Of a stretch of 64,000 bases of DNA, positions 9,180 through 18,174 are shown piece after piece. The stretch lies in the NCBI GenBank assembly GCA_000002435.2, contig CM018793.1; one strand, 5' to 3'. The DNA is from Giardia intestinalis. Its lineage: Eukaryota. A program made the position numbers and the translations under genes. Below the pieces are notes generated by a model, which saw only the letters and a list, made by a program, of their open reading frames with translations, had not been told where the DNA came from and did no database searches. Within the stretch, counting starts at the first letter, position 1, and each line of letters begins with the position of its first letter.

Positions 9180-12100
9180 ATGGCGTCCCACTGTTTGAAT
9201 ATGAAGGCAGCCTTCGGGTTTAATAAGGATCTCATGGGTGGCGTGCATTCTCTGTTTGATGAGACTCGAGAAGCCATTCTTTTTCCCTCCTCTCACACAC
9301 TTGTTTACCATGACTGCAGAAACGGATCCCAGCGCTTTCTTCAAGGCCACTCTAATATGATCTCTGCTGTGTGCGTCTCCAATGATAAACGGTGGATTGT
9401 TTCGGCCGATTTTGGGGGAAAGGATACGATGATCATAGTCTGGGAGTCTAAGACCCTTCTCCCCGTTCGGACAATAGTGGATCAAGTTCCTGGAGGTGTA
9501 ATCCGGATGGATCTTTCCGATGACGGCGCTCTTCTCGCAGTTTTGTCCGGTGCCACTCCAAATGCCGCCAAAGTTATGAGCCAATCTCTCTTTCTCTTTG
9601 AGTGGTCCAACCCAGATGAGCGCCCTGTAGTTTCGGTAGAAATTCCTCCTCAGCTAGGGTTTCAGCGAGATGTGCGGTTTAATCCTTGTGATTACCGTGA
9701 AATAGTCACTAACTCTGCTTATCGGACTGTGTTCTGGTTGTGGGAAGAGCAGCTTGTTGACAAGGACTTGATCAACGTGCTGAGCTACCACTCACCAGAC
9801 ATTCACGTAGGAGACTTCAAGGCTTTACCTTCTGTGTTCACTGTAAGTTGCTTTCTACCCGGCACAACAGCAGCACTCACAGGCACTGTTGCTGGAGAGG
9901 TGGTTCTCTACGATGTCAACGGAAGAGCATTTTCAGACGGGTTAACCGGGAATGCGCCAGTGCGTCGCGTGCCCATTAAGCTCTTAACACTCCATGCCAG
10001 CTCTGGAAATGTTCAGGCGATAGCTGCTAACGATGAGATCATGGAAAAAGACGAGACTGTCATAGCAGAAAGTTACACAGCATCGGGGGAGTTTGGAACT
10101 ACTCCGTTCTTGGTTCCTGGGCAGCCGTTCTTTCAGGCGCTAGTGAGCAACAACAAAATGAATCAGCGCGCTGCCTTTTACAAATACTTAACAGCGGCTC
10201 AGCAAGCTGCAGGTCAGATGACCACTTCTCCAACCGCAGCCTTTGCTCAGGCCATCACTTTTATCTGTGCTCGCTCAGATGGATTTATAATCACAGGAGG
10301 CCTTGATGGGTGTGTACGGATGTTTGACTTTCGTTTGCGCCTTCTATCGTGGTATGAAAATCTTGCATGCGGACCAATCACATCTGTCTCCATTGCAATG
10401 CCCCAGCATTCATCAAATAAGGATGGCTTCCAAGGAGGAGATGCCGACATAAGCATTTCTGCAGTGGCTCTCTTGCCTGGCGCAACACCACGGGAATATG
10501 CCAGTAAGTCTGAAGCGCTCCACGCCAAGTTTGGTAGCGTCGTTTTAAGAGACTTTATTGTTGGAACTAGTAGAGGCTCTATTGTACTGGTTCCAGCTGC
10601 TCTCTTCGAGTTTGTCGAGCCTAGCAAACGACGAGGGACATTACTCTACCAAGGCATACCACATGCTACATCGTGCACCTATACGCCTCGAGACACGCGA
10701 GATCTCCCCATAAGGCTTAACTACAATCTGAAAACTCAGGCATCGTTGCCTCTTTCATGGGTGGCGACGATGAGGGGAGACATGTTGCTATTTGACTTTA
10801 CTAGCAATAAGATCCTTCGGTCCATTTCGCTGGCTGGTCACATCGCAGCGACAGAATCTGGCAGCAAACGCTTGTCGGGGACTCTTGCCCAACGCCACGC
10901 AGAGGGCTATGAGCAGGCGTGCTACTTAGTTCCTGAACACCCTCTGGCGCCTCTCAAGACGCAGTCGTATGCACATATCACAGCACTTTCTCTCTTCTGT
11001 CCTGCAGACGCTAGCAGACCCGTGCTACTTGCTGGGACTTCGGTAGGTAGCTGTTTGTTGATGGATCCGTTCACTCTCCAGGTATTAAGCACGTTTCGGC
11101 ATCTCAGCCGGACAAAGACCATACCGCTCTTGTGCCCATTCTTGAAAAGGAAGTCTATCTCGATTCCTGCCCAAATAACCTACGTAAAGTTTTCAAGAGA
11201 AGGCGACATAATCGCTGTACTAGATGAAACGTCCTTCCTTACGCTCCTGACAAAGTCAATATCAGATGAACCGGCAAAAGATCTAACGACAGGAAGAATC
11301 ACAACCGCCAATGACGCCACTGAAAAAGCATTTAATTATAGCACATACTCAGACATATTCCTTACGTCCCTTGTAACACCACTTCAGGCGCCCCCAGTGT
11401 TCATCACAGATGCAGACGATGCTAAGCAGTCAGAGCAAAGTAAAGAGAATGAAACAAGGACTGCCTCTGGTGTCCGGTTGCAACCTGCAGCTCTCTTGGC
11501 CCGTGCTTCTCAAAAGAAGCGGGCAGATGCATCCACAACTGGTCAGTGGACTTCCCTAGGAAGGTTAGTCATTACCAATAACGCCATTCTACGTGCAGTG
11601 ATCTATTGCGACTTTTTACCGACTAAACTAGTTGAGGGAGGACGCGACCCTTTGGTTTTGCTGAGCAAGGATCGCTTCTTTACCATTATAGACATAGACA
11701 AAACCCTTGTGAGTCATGATCTGATTGTTGTTCACTGTAGATTCAGAGCAGAGCAGAGCGCCACACCGACCGCCGTTTGCTTCCTTCCACGGCCGCCATA
11801 CTATGTATCCACATTGACAGAAGAGGAAAGGAACGCAGAGATTGATAAGTTGAATTCTGAGCAAAACGTTCTAAGCAGAAGCCTTAAGGAGGCGTTGTTC
11901 AGCTTACAATCTGAGGACAGCGGGGCTCTCTGTGCTAAATATAGACCGGACTTGCAGCCTATTGAGCAGCGAAATCTACTCCTCATAGCAAACAGTCATT
12001 ATAAGTTTCGTCTTCGAGAAATAGAGGCTCTTCCTGGAGCCTTAGAGCTATCGAATCGAACCGTTTTCCCCGCGTCTCTGTTGACCACGGCACCACAGTT

Positions 12101-13526
12101 GTGCGCATATTTTACGGGTGGGTACACTCCGCAAGGACAGCTACCCAATTCTGCCATACTGCAGGGTCCGCAATATTGTGTCAATCCCAACCTTGCAGGG
12201 CCCTATCCGCTGCGCCGCACTGTTCTGGCACCGACATATGGTCTTCCGATCAATATTCTTAGACACATCTCGGCCTACATGAGCGACTCACGACATGACC
12301 TCTCCAGCTGCACACCAATTCTGCAGACAACTAGCACGGAAGAGAGGTATAGATACCGAACACGTTATGAGACCTTGAACTCTGCTGGTGCAATCCGTCA
12401 CATTGCGCAGTACATAGCGTTTGCCACACCTCGCAAGGTCATCGGGCTCATGCGTACTCCTCTTGATGGAGCATCACACAGGTACATGGGTCTGATTGGC
12501 CATGCAGGAGAGGTATTGAGTCTCGACGTGTGCTTCTGCTTTAGTCCCGGCTTGGACGCGGGGAATACCTTCTTAGTGAGTGCAGGGTCTACCGACTTTG
12601 CCCTGTTCCTATGGGGGGTTGACTATCCTACTTTTGACCTAATGATAGATAGTACGGTGACCGTGTCATCGACTGGGCAGCAAAGTGGGCCGATTACTGG
12701 CCCAACTGCCACCGACTTCGCCTCATTCGATCCTTTCACAGCGCAGCTAGAGGGCGGCCCAACTGGCCAATTCTACGCAGAAATTCAGGACTACTTTAGC
12801 TATGCACAGATCAACGATTCAGAAGAAAAAGGCATCACTCCCAAAGAAGACGCTCGTGCTCCTGTGAGCATGCTCGACGAAATACTACGGGCTCTGGGCG
12901 TCTTCATATCCAACTCGGCAATGGTGGATGCCAAGGGGGAGATCATCGAGGAAGCTATTCGTGCCGCCCGTCTGCGGTTCTTCCTCTCTCGGTTACGTGC
13001 TGCACTGAAAGAAGGCAAGCCCCCAATTTTGGTTGAAGCCACGGCATTCGGCTATAACCCTCTAGAAGACTCTAACCAGGAGACCAGAGTCATGAGCGAG
13101 ATGAGTCTATATGAGCAAAGCGAGTCCGGTCTGTGGGAGCTTGTTGGCGCCGATGACGTGACCCTGTCCTTACAAGAGTTCGTTAGGATCCTGGTCAATC
13201 ACCGTCCGGTTTTGCCATATAAAATGGAGGACATCGTCCGTGCATTCACTGTCTTTGGGGCAGATGAAGCTGTTGGTGTCCTAGACAAGGCAACATTGAT
13301 TAACGCTCTCGTAAACAACGGAGAGAGCTTTTCAGGTGGTGAGCTGATGGATGCATTGAGTATTCTTGCCGGGGGAGGCACATCCAGCGATACTTTGATG
13401 GGCGCTGGGGGGCTGCTGCCCGATCAGGTCTCTGTCATCGACTTTGCCAACACTATTCTAGGCTTCGAGACTGACCAGCAATCTGAAGGGAGGTCGATGG
13501 TACAGGAAGTCGAGGGGGGCGACTAG
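9180..13526 (+). CDS. WD40-repeat protein with a C-terminal degenerate EF-hand pair, a CFAP251/WDR66-like candidate axonemal protein
   Basis: N-terminal WD repeats, for example GHSNMISAVCVSNDKRWIVSADFGGKDTMIIVWES. The C-terminal segment RAFTVFGADEAVGVLDKATLINALVNNGESFSGGELMDAL follows the calmodulin C-lobe pattern [39 protein letters not shown]. The ORF is 1448 aa. Confidence 0.45.
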   Translation: MASHCLNMKAAFGFNKDLMGGVHSLFDETREAILFPSSHTLVYHDCRNGSQRFLQGHSNMISAVCVSNDKRWIVSADFGGKDTMIIVWESKTLLPVRTIVDQVPGGVIRMDLSDDGALLAVLSGATPNAAKVMSQSLFLFEWSNPDERPVVSVEIPPQLGFQRDVRFNPCDYREIVTNSAYRTVFWLWEEQLVDKDLINVLSYHSPDIHVGDFKALPSVFTVSCFLPGTTAALTGTVAGEVVLYDVNGRAFSDGLTGNAPVRRVPIKLLTLHASSGNVQAIAANDEIMEKDETVIAESYTASGEFGTTPFLVPGQPFFQALVSNNKMNQRAAFYKYLTAAQQAAGQMTTSPTAAFAQAITFICARSDGFIITGGLDGCVRMFDFRLRLLSWYENLACGPITSVSIAMPQHSSNKDGFQGGDADISISAVALLPGATPREYASKSEALHAKFGSVVLRDFIVGTSRGSIVLVPAALFEFVEPSKRRGTLLYQGIPHATSCTYTPRDTRDLPIRLNYNLKTQASLPLSWVATMRGDMLLFDFTSNKILRSISLAGHIAATESGSKRLSGTLAQRHAEGYEQACYLVPEHPLAPLKTQSYAHITALSLFCPADASRPVLLAGTSVGSCLLMDPFTLQVLSTFRHLSRTKTIPLLCPFLKRKSISIPAQITYVKFSREGDIIAVLDETSFLTLLTKSISDEPAKDLTTGRITTANDATEKAFNYSTYSDIFLTSLVTPLQAPPVFITDADDAKQSEQSKENETRTASGVRLQPAALLARASQKKRADASTTGQWTSLGRLVITNNAILRAVIYCDFLPTKLVEGGRDPLVLLSKDRFFTIIDIDKTLVSHDLIVVHCRFRAEQSATPTAVCFLPRPPYYVSTLTEEERNAEIDKLNSEQNVLSRSLKEALFSLQSEDSGALCAKYRPDLQPIEQRNLLLIANSHYKFRLREIEALPGALELSNRTVFPASLLTTAPQLCAYFTGGYTPQGQLPNSAILQGPQYCVNPNLAGPYPLRRTVLAPTYGLPINILRHISAYMSDSRHDLSSCTPILQTTSTEERYRYRTRYETLNSAGAIRHIAQYIAFATPRKVIGLMRTPLDGASHRYMGLIGHAGEVLSLDVCFCFSPGLDAGNTFLVSAGSTDFALFLWGVDYPTFDLMIDSTVTVSSTGQQSGPITGPTATDFASFDPFTAQLEGGPTGQFYAEIQDYFSYAQINDSEEKGITPKEDARAPVSMLDEILRALGVFISNSAMVDAKGEIIEEAIRAARLRFFLSRLRAALKEGKPPILVEATAFGYNPLEDSNQETRVMSEMSLYEQSESGLWELVGADDVTLSLQEFVRILVNHRPVLPYKMEDIVRAFTVFGADEAVGVLDKATLINALVNNGESFSGGELMDALSILAGGGTSSDTLMGAGGLLPDQVSVIDFANTILGFETDQQSEGRSMVQEVEGGD

Positions 13527-13586
13527 GGCTAGTGAGATTGCACCAAGACACACAGCAAGAGTAAGATGTAAAATAAATGACTAAAA

Positions 13587-16500
13587 ATGTCTGCTTTACA
13601 CAAAGATACTAGAAGGATAGGCCCCAAGAGGACTCTTAGCAGGGATTCTATTACAGGAGAGGCAGTTTTACTGGTTGAGCTGCCTATTTTGGAGCATGAT
13701 ACCAGCGATTCATCGGATTTACTACGACACATTCAGTTTTTACGGTATTCGAGGTCTAGATACATCCTAGACGTCAAAGCCATTACTTATCAGTCGGATA
13801 GCATACTCATTGTCATGGAATGCCCAAGAGGCGGGTCGTTACGGGCACATTTCGATGAATCCATAGCAATTTTACGAGAATATGAGGAACATGAGCTGTG
13901 GCGACTTCTGACGCAACTAAGCGAGATAGTTATGCATATAGGATTTTTATATACGTCCAATGCTATGCACATAGACCCAATTATTACTCCAGACACTTTA
14001 TTCTATGATTCCTACGGAAACCTGCAATTAGATCTAGTCTATTCGTTAGAATATTTAATTAGAATTACTGGTAGATTCGAGCCATCGCCCCAGGACCAGA
14101 ATGTTCAACGCTACAGGGACAAGGTAGCGACTGTGAACTGCGATGTATCTGAGACCTGCATAGCGTATTCTGTTGGGGCCATCCTTTACGAAGCTATTCT
14201 TCTTGGACTGGCTTCTTCTGTCCCAGCATCTACTTGGCCGTGTTATGTACAGTTTCAAGCCAATTCAAGGTTTGTCAATTCGATATCACACAGCTCGGCG
14301 CACGCAAAAGTCCTCCTAGAGTACGAACAATGGCGTAAGTTCTTTTCTCTGTATGGGCTTTGCAAAGAAAGCTATCGCATATGTTTGACAAGAACACCCT
14401 ATTTTATGAAGGTCCTGGAGTGCTTGAAGGGGTTGAGCAACACTTTCACATTGCTCGGAACATGCGTTGATCGTGTTGGAATCTTCAAGCCAGTTCTTCA
14501 GGATATTATTCCACGAGATTTAGGTCTGCTGCTGTCTCCTCACTATCCACCCGTTCTCCCTATAGATTGGCTGGAGGATAGAGGCACGTCCCTATGCATA
14601 GAATTACTTATAGATGAATTGGTGGAGCAACTTAGCAGTATGCTATTGACACCATGGATAGAAAGGGAGCGGCCGATAATATACACCGAGTTACGCGCCA
14701 AATACTCTCAGAGCCTGCTAGCCTTACTTGAGGGGATGTTATCTAATACTCCCGAAAAGCGTACTACGGTTGCCACTGCTGTTACACACCCCCTAGTGCA
14801 GACATCGTATCACGTTGACACCCCGCTGATGTTAGCAGCAAAGCATGGAAATGTCGGAGCGCTTACGAGCCATCTGCGGGAATATGTACGGCGAAACGAT
14901 GGGACTAACAACACTGCCCTGATTCATGCTGTATTATCCAGGCAATACGAGGCAGCTCTCCTCCTTGCTCCCCATGAGGCCGGCGCCGTCAATGCTGACG
15001 GGAAGAATGCATCATACTATCTTCTTGACGCTTGTACCAGTGCAGACTCTGCTCTTTCTGAAACTGAGCAAGAGATACTTCGCAGGCTGACTCCTATTCT
15101 TGCTACTCATGAGTCTCAATGGATATTTGCAGAGAAGAAAACTCTCCTAATGCTAGCTGCTTCTGCCAACAACATGACGTTTGTAGAGCATTTTGCTGCC
15201 AGCGAGTCTGCAATGACGGACTCTAGCTCCATGTGCAGTGCGGAGTATGCATTGCAATCGCGTGCTAAGGATGCCTTTATTCGGCTAGTGAAAAAGGAAC
15301 ATAACTTACTGATATCTGCAGGGTATACACCCCTCATGTTAGCTGCAGCTAGTAATGATGTCTTACAGCTCAAGAGTGAGCTTGAAGCAAGTAGTGCTTC
15401 CATTGGAAAGTATTCTCCACAAGGGTACACAGCATTGATGATAGCAGTTATCATGCAAGCAAGCCAGGCCGTGGAGATTCTTATCGCTCATGAAGCACGA
15501 ATACAATCAACCCCCTCTCGACAGACGGCTCTAATGCTAGCGGTTACATCTTCATTGGAAGATATCGCGCTTTTGCTTACTGAGAGAGAAGGAGGGCTCA
15601 AGACGTTTACTGGCAAGACTGCGCTAATGTATGCAGCCGAGCGTAATATGATTAGGCTTGTTGACACACTTGTTGATGTAGAGGCAGGGCTTAAGGACCT
15701 GCAGCTAAATACTGCACTGATGCTAGCTGCTATCTCCAATAGTTCAGAGGCCGCGGCTCTTTTATTACCCAAAGAGGCGTGTCTCCTCAATAGAGAAGGG
15801 CTAACAGCGCTTATGTTAGCTGCCCAACGAAACAATATAGAGGCTCTACGCGTCATTTTACCGTACGAGTCCAGTATAAAGTCACCAGCAGGAGGAGCTA
15901 CTGCATTGATTCACTCTGTATATTGCGGTAACGCTGAGGCTGTGAAGGTCCTAGCGCGTGCTGAGCCTGGATTTAGAAATCAGAGTAATGAGACAGGCCT
16001 GGAGATTGCTCGCAGGCAGAGGAGACGGGACCTTGTTTCGATTTTAGAAGAACATGAAACATTCAATCGACATGAGGATGGGCTTACGCCGCTTATGGTA
16101 GATGCAATTAGAAACGACGTCTCGTCTGTCAAGAGACACATCAAAGCATATGAGGAGAGCTTAAAAGCAGCACCTGCAACCGGCGTGTCTTCGCAAATAG
16201 GACTGCGGGATAACTACGGAAAAACGGCACTCATTCATGCCGTTGAGAACTCTTCCATGGAGGTCGTCGCACTTCTGGTAGACTATGAATTGGGGTTTCG
16301 GGACCACTCGGGCTACTGCGCCATTTACTATTCCCTCTTTGCCGAACAACAACTGGACGATGAGCTATTTTGTAGGCTATTTGACGTCGAAAAGGGTATT
16401 CTGGAGGACGCTGGCTTCACTCCTCTGATGATGTCTGTACTTATGCGCAACACCACAGTTGCTCTTTTGCAAATAGAACACTACGCTACGATAAGTACCA

Positions 16501-17111
16501 AGGATGGATATACAGCTCTTATGCTGGCAGCAATCTTGGGTAACGTGGATATGGTGGAGCTCTTATGCCCGCTAGAGTCAGGGTGCCAAACGAACACTGG
16601 ATACACTGCACTAATGTTTGCAGTAGAGAGGAATGACCTGGAGACAGTGCTAATCCTCGTTGAGAGTGGAAAAGAGCTCGGGTTGCAGGAAAAGACTGGG
16701 TGGACGGCATTGATGATGGCAGCCAAGAACGGCTACTTGAAACTGGCAGCGCTGTTGGCCCCTCATGAACATGGTTATCATGATGCAATGGGCTGTACTG
16801 CTCTGCTTCGAGCCGTCCAAGGCAACCATTTCAGTGTCGTACAGGTCCTAGCAGACTATGAAGAGGGTTTGACTACCACAGATTGCTACCCCAGGGGATG
16901 TGGTTGGACACCTCTTTTCGAGGCAGTGTACAACGGCTACCCTAATTGCGTGGCATTTCTCATTGAGAGAGAGGTTGAAGTGCTGAACCATTCTGCCCAC
17001 GATCTTCTCATGTGTGCACAAAACCAGCGCTCTAATGTCCCGCTAGAGAGAAGACTTCTGTGCAAGTCTATTATACATGAATTTATCAACCAAAGAAGTA
17101 CAAGAATCTAA
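13587..17111 (+). CDS. NEK-like pseudokinase domain fused to ankyrin repeats (Giardia NEK / Protein 21.1-type)
   Basis: The N-terminal roughly 250 aa are kinase-like (LIVMECPRGGSLRAHF; catalytic-loop region HIDPIITPDTLFYDSYGNLQLDLV) but the HRD and DFG motifs are replaced. The C-terminus carries more than 15 ankyrin repeats with the TALMLAA/TPLMLAA signature. AT-rich start context. Confidence 0.7.
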   Translation: MSALHKDTRRIGPKRTLSRDSITGEAVLLVELPILEHDTSDSSDLLRHIQFLRYSRSRYILDVKAITYQSDSILIVMECPRGGSLRAHFDESIAILREYEEHELWRLLTQLSEIVMHIGFLYTSNAMHIDPIITPDTLFYDSYGNLQLDLVYSLEYLIRITGRFEPSPQDQNVQRYRDKVATVNCDVSETCIAYSVGAILYEAILLGLASSVPASTWPCYVQFQANSRFVNSISHSSAHAKVLLEYEQWRKFFSLYGLCKESYRICLTRTPYFMKVLECLKGLSNTFTLLGTCVDRVGIFKPVLQDIIPRDLGLLLSPHYPPVLPIDWLEDRGTSLCIELLIDELVEQLSSMLLTPWIERERPIIYTELRAKYSQSLLALLEGMLSNTPEKRTTVATAVTHPLVQTSYHVDTPLMLAAKHGNVGALTSHLREYVRRNDGTNNTALIHAVLSRQYEAALLLAPHEAGAVNADGKNASYYLLDACTSADSALSETEQEILRRLTPILATHESQWIFAEKKTLLMLAASANNMTFVEHFAASESAMTDSSSMCSAEYALQSRAKDAFIRLVKKEHNLLISAGYTPLMLAAASNDVLQLKSELEASSASIGKYSPQGYTALMIAVIMQASQAVEILIAHEARIQSTPSRQTALMLAVTSSLEDIALLLTEREGGLKTFTGKTALMYAAERNMIRLVDTLVDVEAGLKDLQLNTALMLAAISNSSEAAALLLPKEACLLNREGLTALMLAAQRNNIEALRVILPYESSIKSPAGGATALIHSVYCGNAEAVKVLARAEPGFRNQSNETGLEIARRQRRRDLVSILEEHETFNRHEDGLTPLMVDAIRNDVSSVKRHIKAYEESLKAAPATGVSSQIGLRDNYGKTALIHAVENSSMEVVALLVDYELGFRDHSGYCAIYYSLFAEQQLDDELFCRLFDVEKGILEDAGFTPLMMSVLMRNTTVALLQIEHYATISTKDGYTALMLAAILGNVDMVELLCPLESGCQTNTGYTALMFAVERNDLETVLILVESGKELGLQEKTGWTALMMAAKNGYLKLAALLAPHEHGYHDAMGCTALLRAVQGNHFSVVQVLADYEEGLTTTDCYPRGCGWTPLFEAVYNGYPNCVAFLIEREVEVLNHSAHDLLMCAQNQRSNVPLERRLLCKSIIHEFINQRSTRI

Positions 17112-17130
17112 TCTGGTTTAGAGGCAAGAA

Positions 17131-17137
17131 AGTAAAT
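17131..17137 (+). promoter_or_regulatory. AGTAAAT poly(A) signal for the kinase-ankyrin gene
   Basis: AGTAAAT sits 20 nt after the TAA stop (17109-17111) and 12 nt before the next ATG (17149). Confidence 0.5.
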
Positions 17138-17148
17138 GTGAATTAAAA

Positions 17149-17970
17149 ATGGCAGACGATCCTTGTAAAGTATATGTGGGTGGAGTCCCCACAAACGTAA
17201 CCGAAGCGGAAATAGAGGACAACTTCAAGAAGTTCGGCAGAGTTACAGACGTGGTCGACACCAAAAAGGGTTTCTTTTTCGTCACGTTTAACAGCCCTGA
17301 TGCCGCAAAGCTTGCCCTTATGGGGGATGTCACATTTGATGGTCGCAGATGCAAGGTAGAGATTGCAAGACCTAAGAAGCCAGAGTATACAGATAGGGAC
17401 AAGTTTTCTCGCCCGGAAAGAGTTCCATTCAAAAGAGATTATCCCGATCGTCGCCCGTTCTCTTCTCGCGAACAAGGAGATCCTTATCGCCCTATGCGTG
17501 ACGAGCATTACTCCCGTCCGGGGCCCAGAGATGTCCGCCCACAAAGGTCCGCTGAATACGATTACCCTCAGTGCTCCTTCAATTTTGCTGTACGGAACCT
17601 CCCTCCGTCGCTTTTGGCTATCTCTCCATTCAAGCAGTTCGTTCTCGACAACTATGGAGCCACGGATTACACCATAGTGTCGTCCGAGGTCGACGTCGGA
17701 TATTTTGGCTCCAACTCGAAGGAAACAGAGGACAGGGTCAATGAGAAGAGCTCAATTAACTATGATGGGTGCAGATTAGTGATAGAGCCGTACAAGCGTG
17801 GGCCCGGAAGGATTGCGCATCGACAGGCTAGGTCGGATCACTTTAGTCGTCCACAATGGGTAGGAAAATCAACCGAAGATGAGTACGATTTTCCAATAAA
17901 CGTTCAAGAGTCTAGATCGAACGACAACGACTATGCTTACAACCCTTCTGCGGAGCAGATGCAGGAATGA
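17149..17970 (+). CDS. RNA-binding protein with an N-terminal RRM and an Arg/Asp/Tyr/Pro-rich tail
   Basis: RNP-2-like VYVGGV and RNP-1-like KGFFFVTF are within the first 60 aa. The tail is low complexity, rich in RDYPDRRPF / RPGPRD. Confidence 0.7.
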   Translation: MADDPCKVYVGGVPTNVTEAEIEDNFKKFGRVTDVVDTKKGFFFVTFNSPDAAKLALMGDVTFDGRRCKVEIARPKKPEYTDRDKFSRPERVPFKRDYPDRRPFSSREQGDPYRPMRDEHYSRPGPRDVRPQRSAEYDYPQCSFNFAVRNLPPSLLAISPFKQFVLDNYGATDYTIVSSEVDVGYFGSNSKETEDRVNEKSSINYDGCRLVIEPYKRGPGRIAHRQARSDHFSRPQWVGKSTEDEYDFPINVQESRSNDNDYAYNPSAEQMQE

Positions 17971-18174
17971 GATCAAAGACCTTCAACTTCCAACCTTTAA
18001 TACTCGGACATCAGGGGATGGTATGTGAACCTTCTAATTCTTCTTGTATTGGCCGCCATAGTACAAGGCGAGGCAGCGAGGAGCATCAGCACCTCTTTAT
18101 TTAGCAACCTTAGCAACAAGAAGTGACCACGTTAATTTAGATAGTGTGGGGTTATGCGGCGACAGACCATAGTT

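Noticed and set aside
18015-18030. GTATGT (the canonical Giardia intron 5' splice site) at 18021 in the RRM-gene 3' flank
   Set aside because: No matching branch/3' motif (CTRACACRCAG-like) or downstream ORF continuation is found nearby, so this is probably a chance hexamer in a 3' intergenic region.
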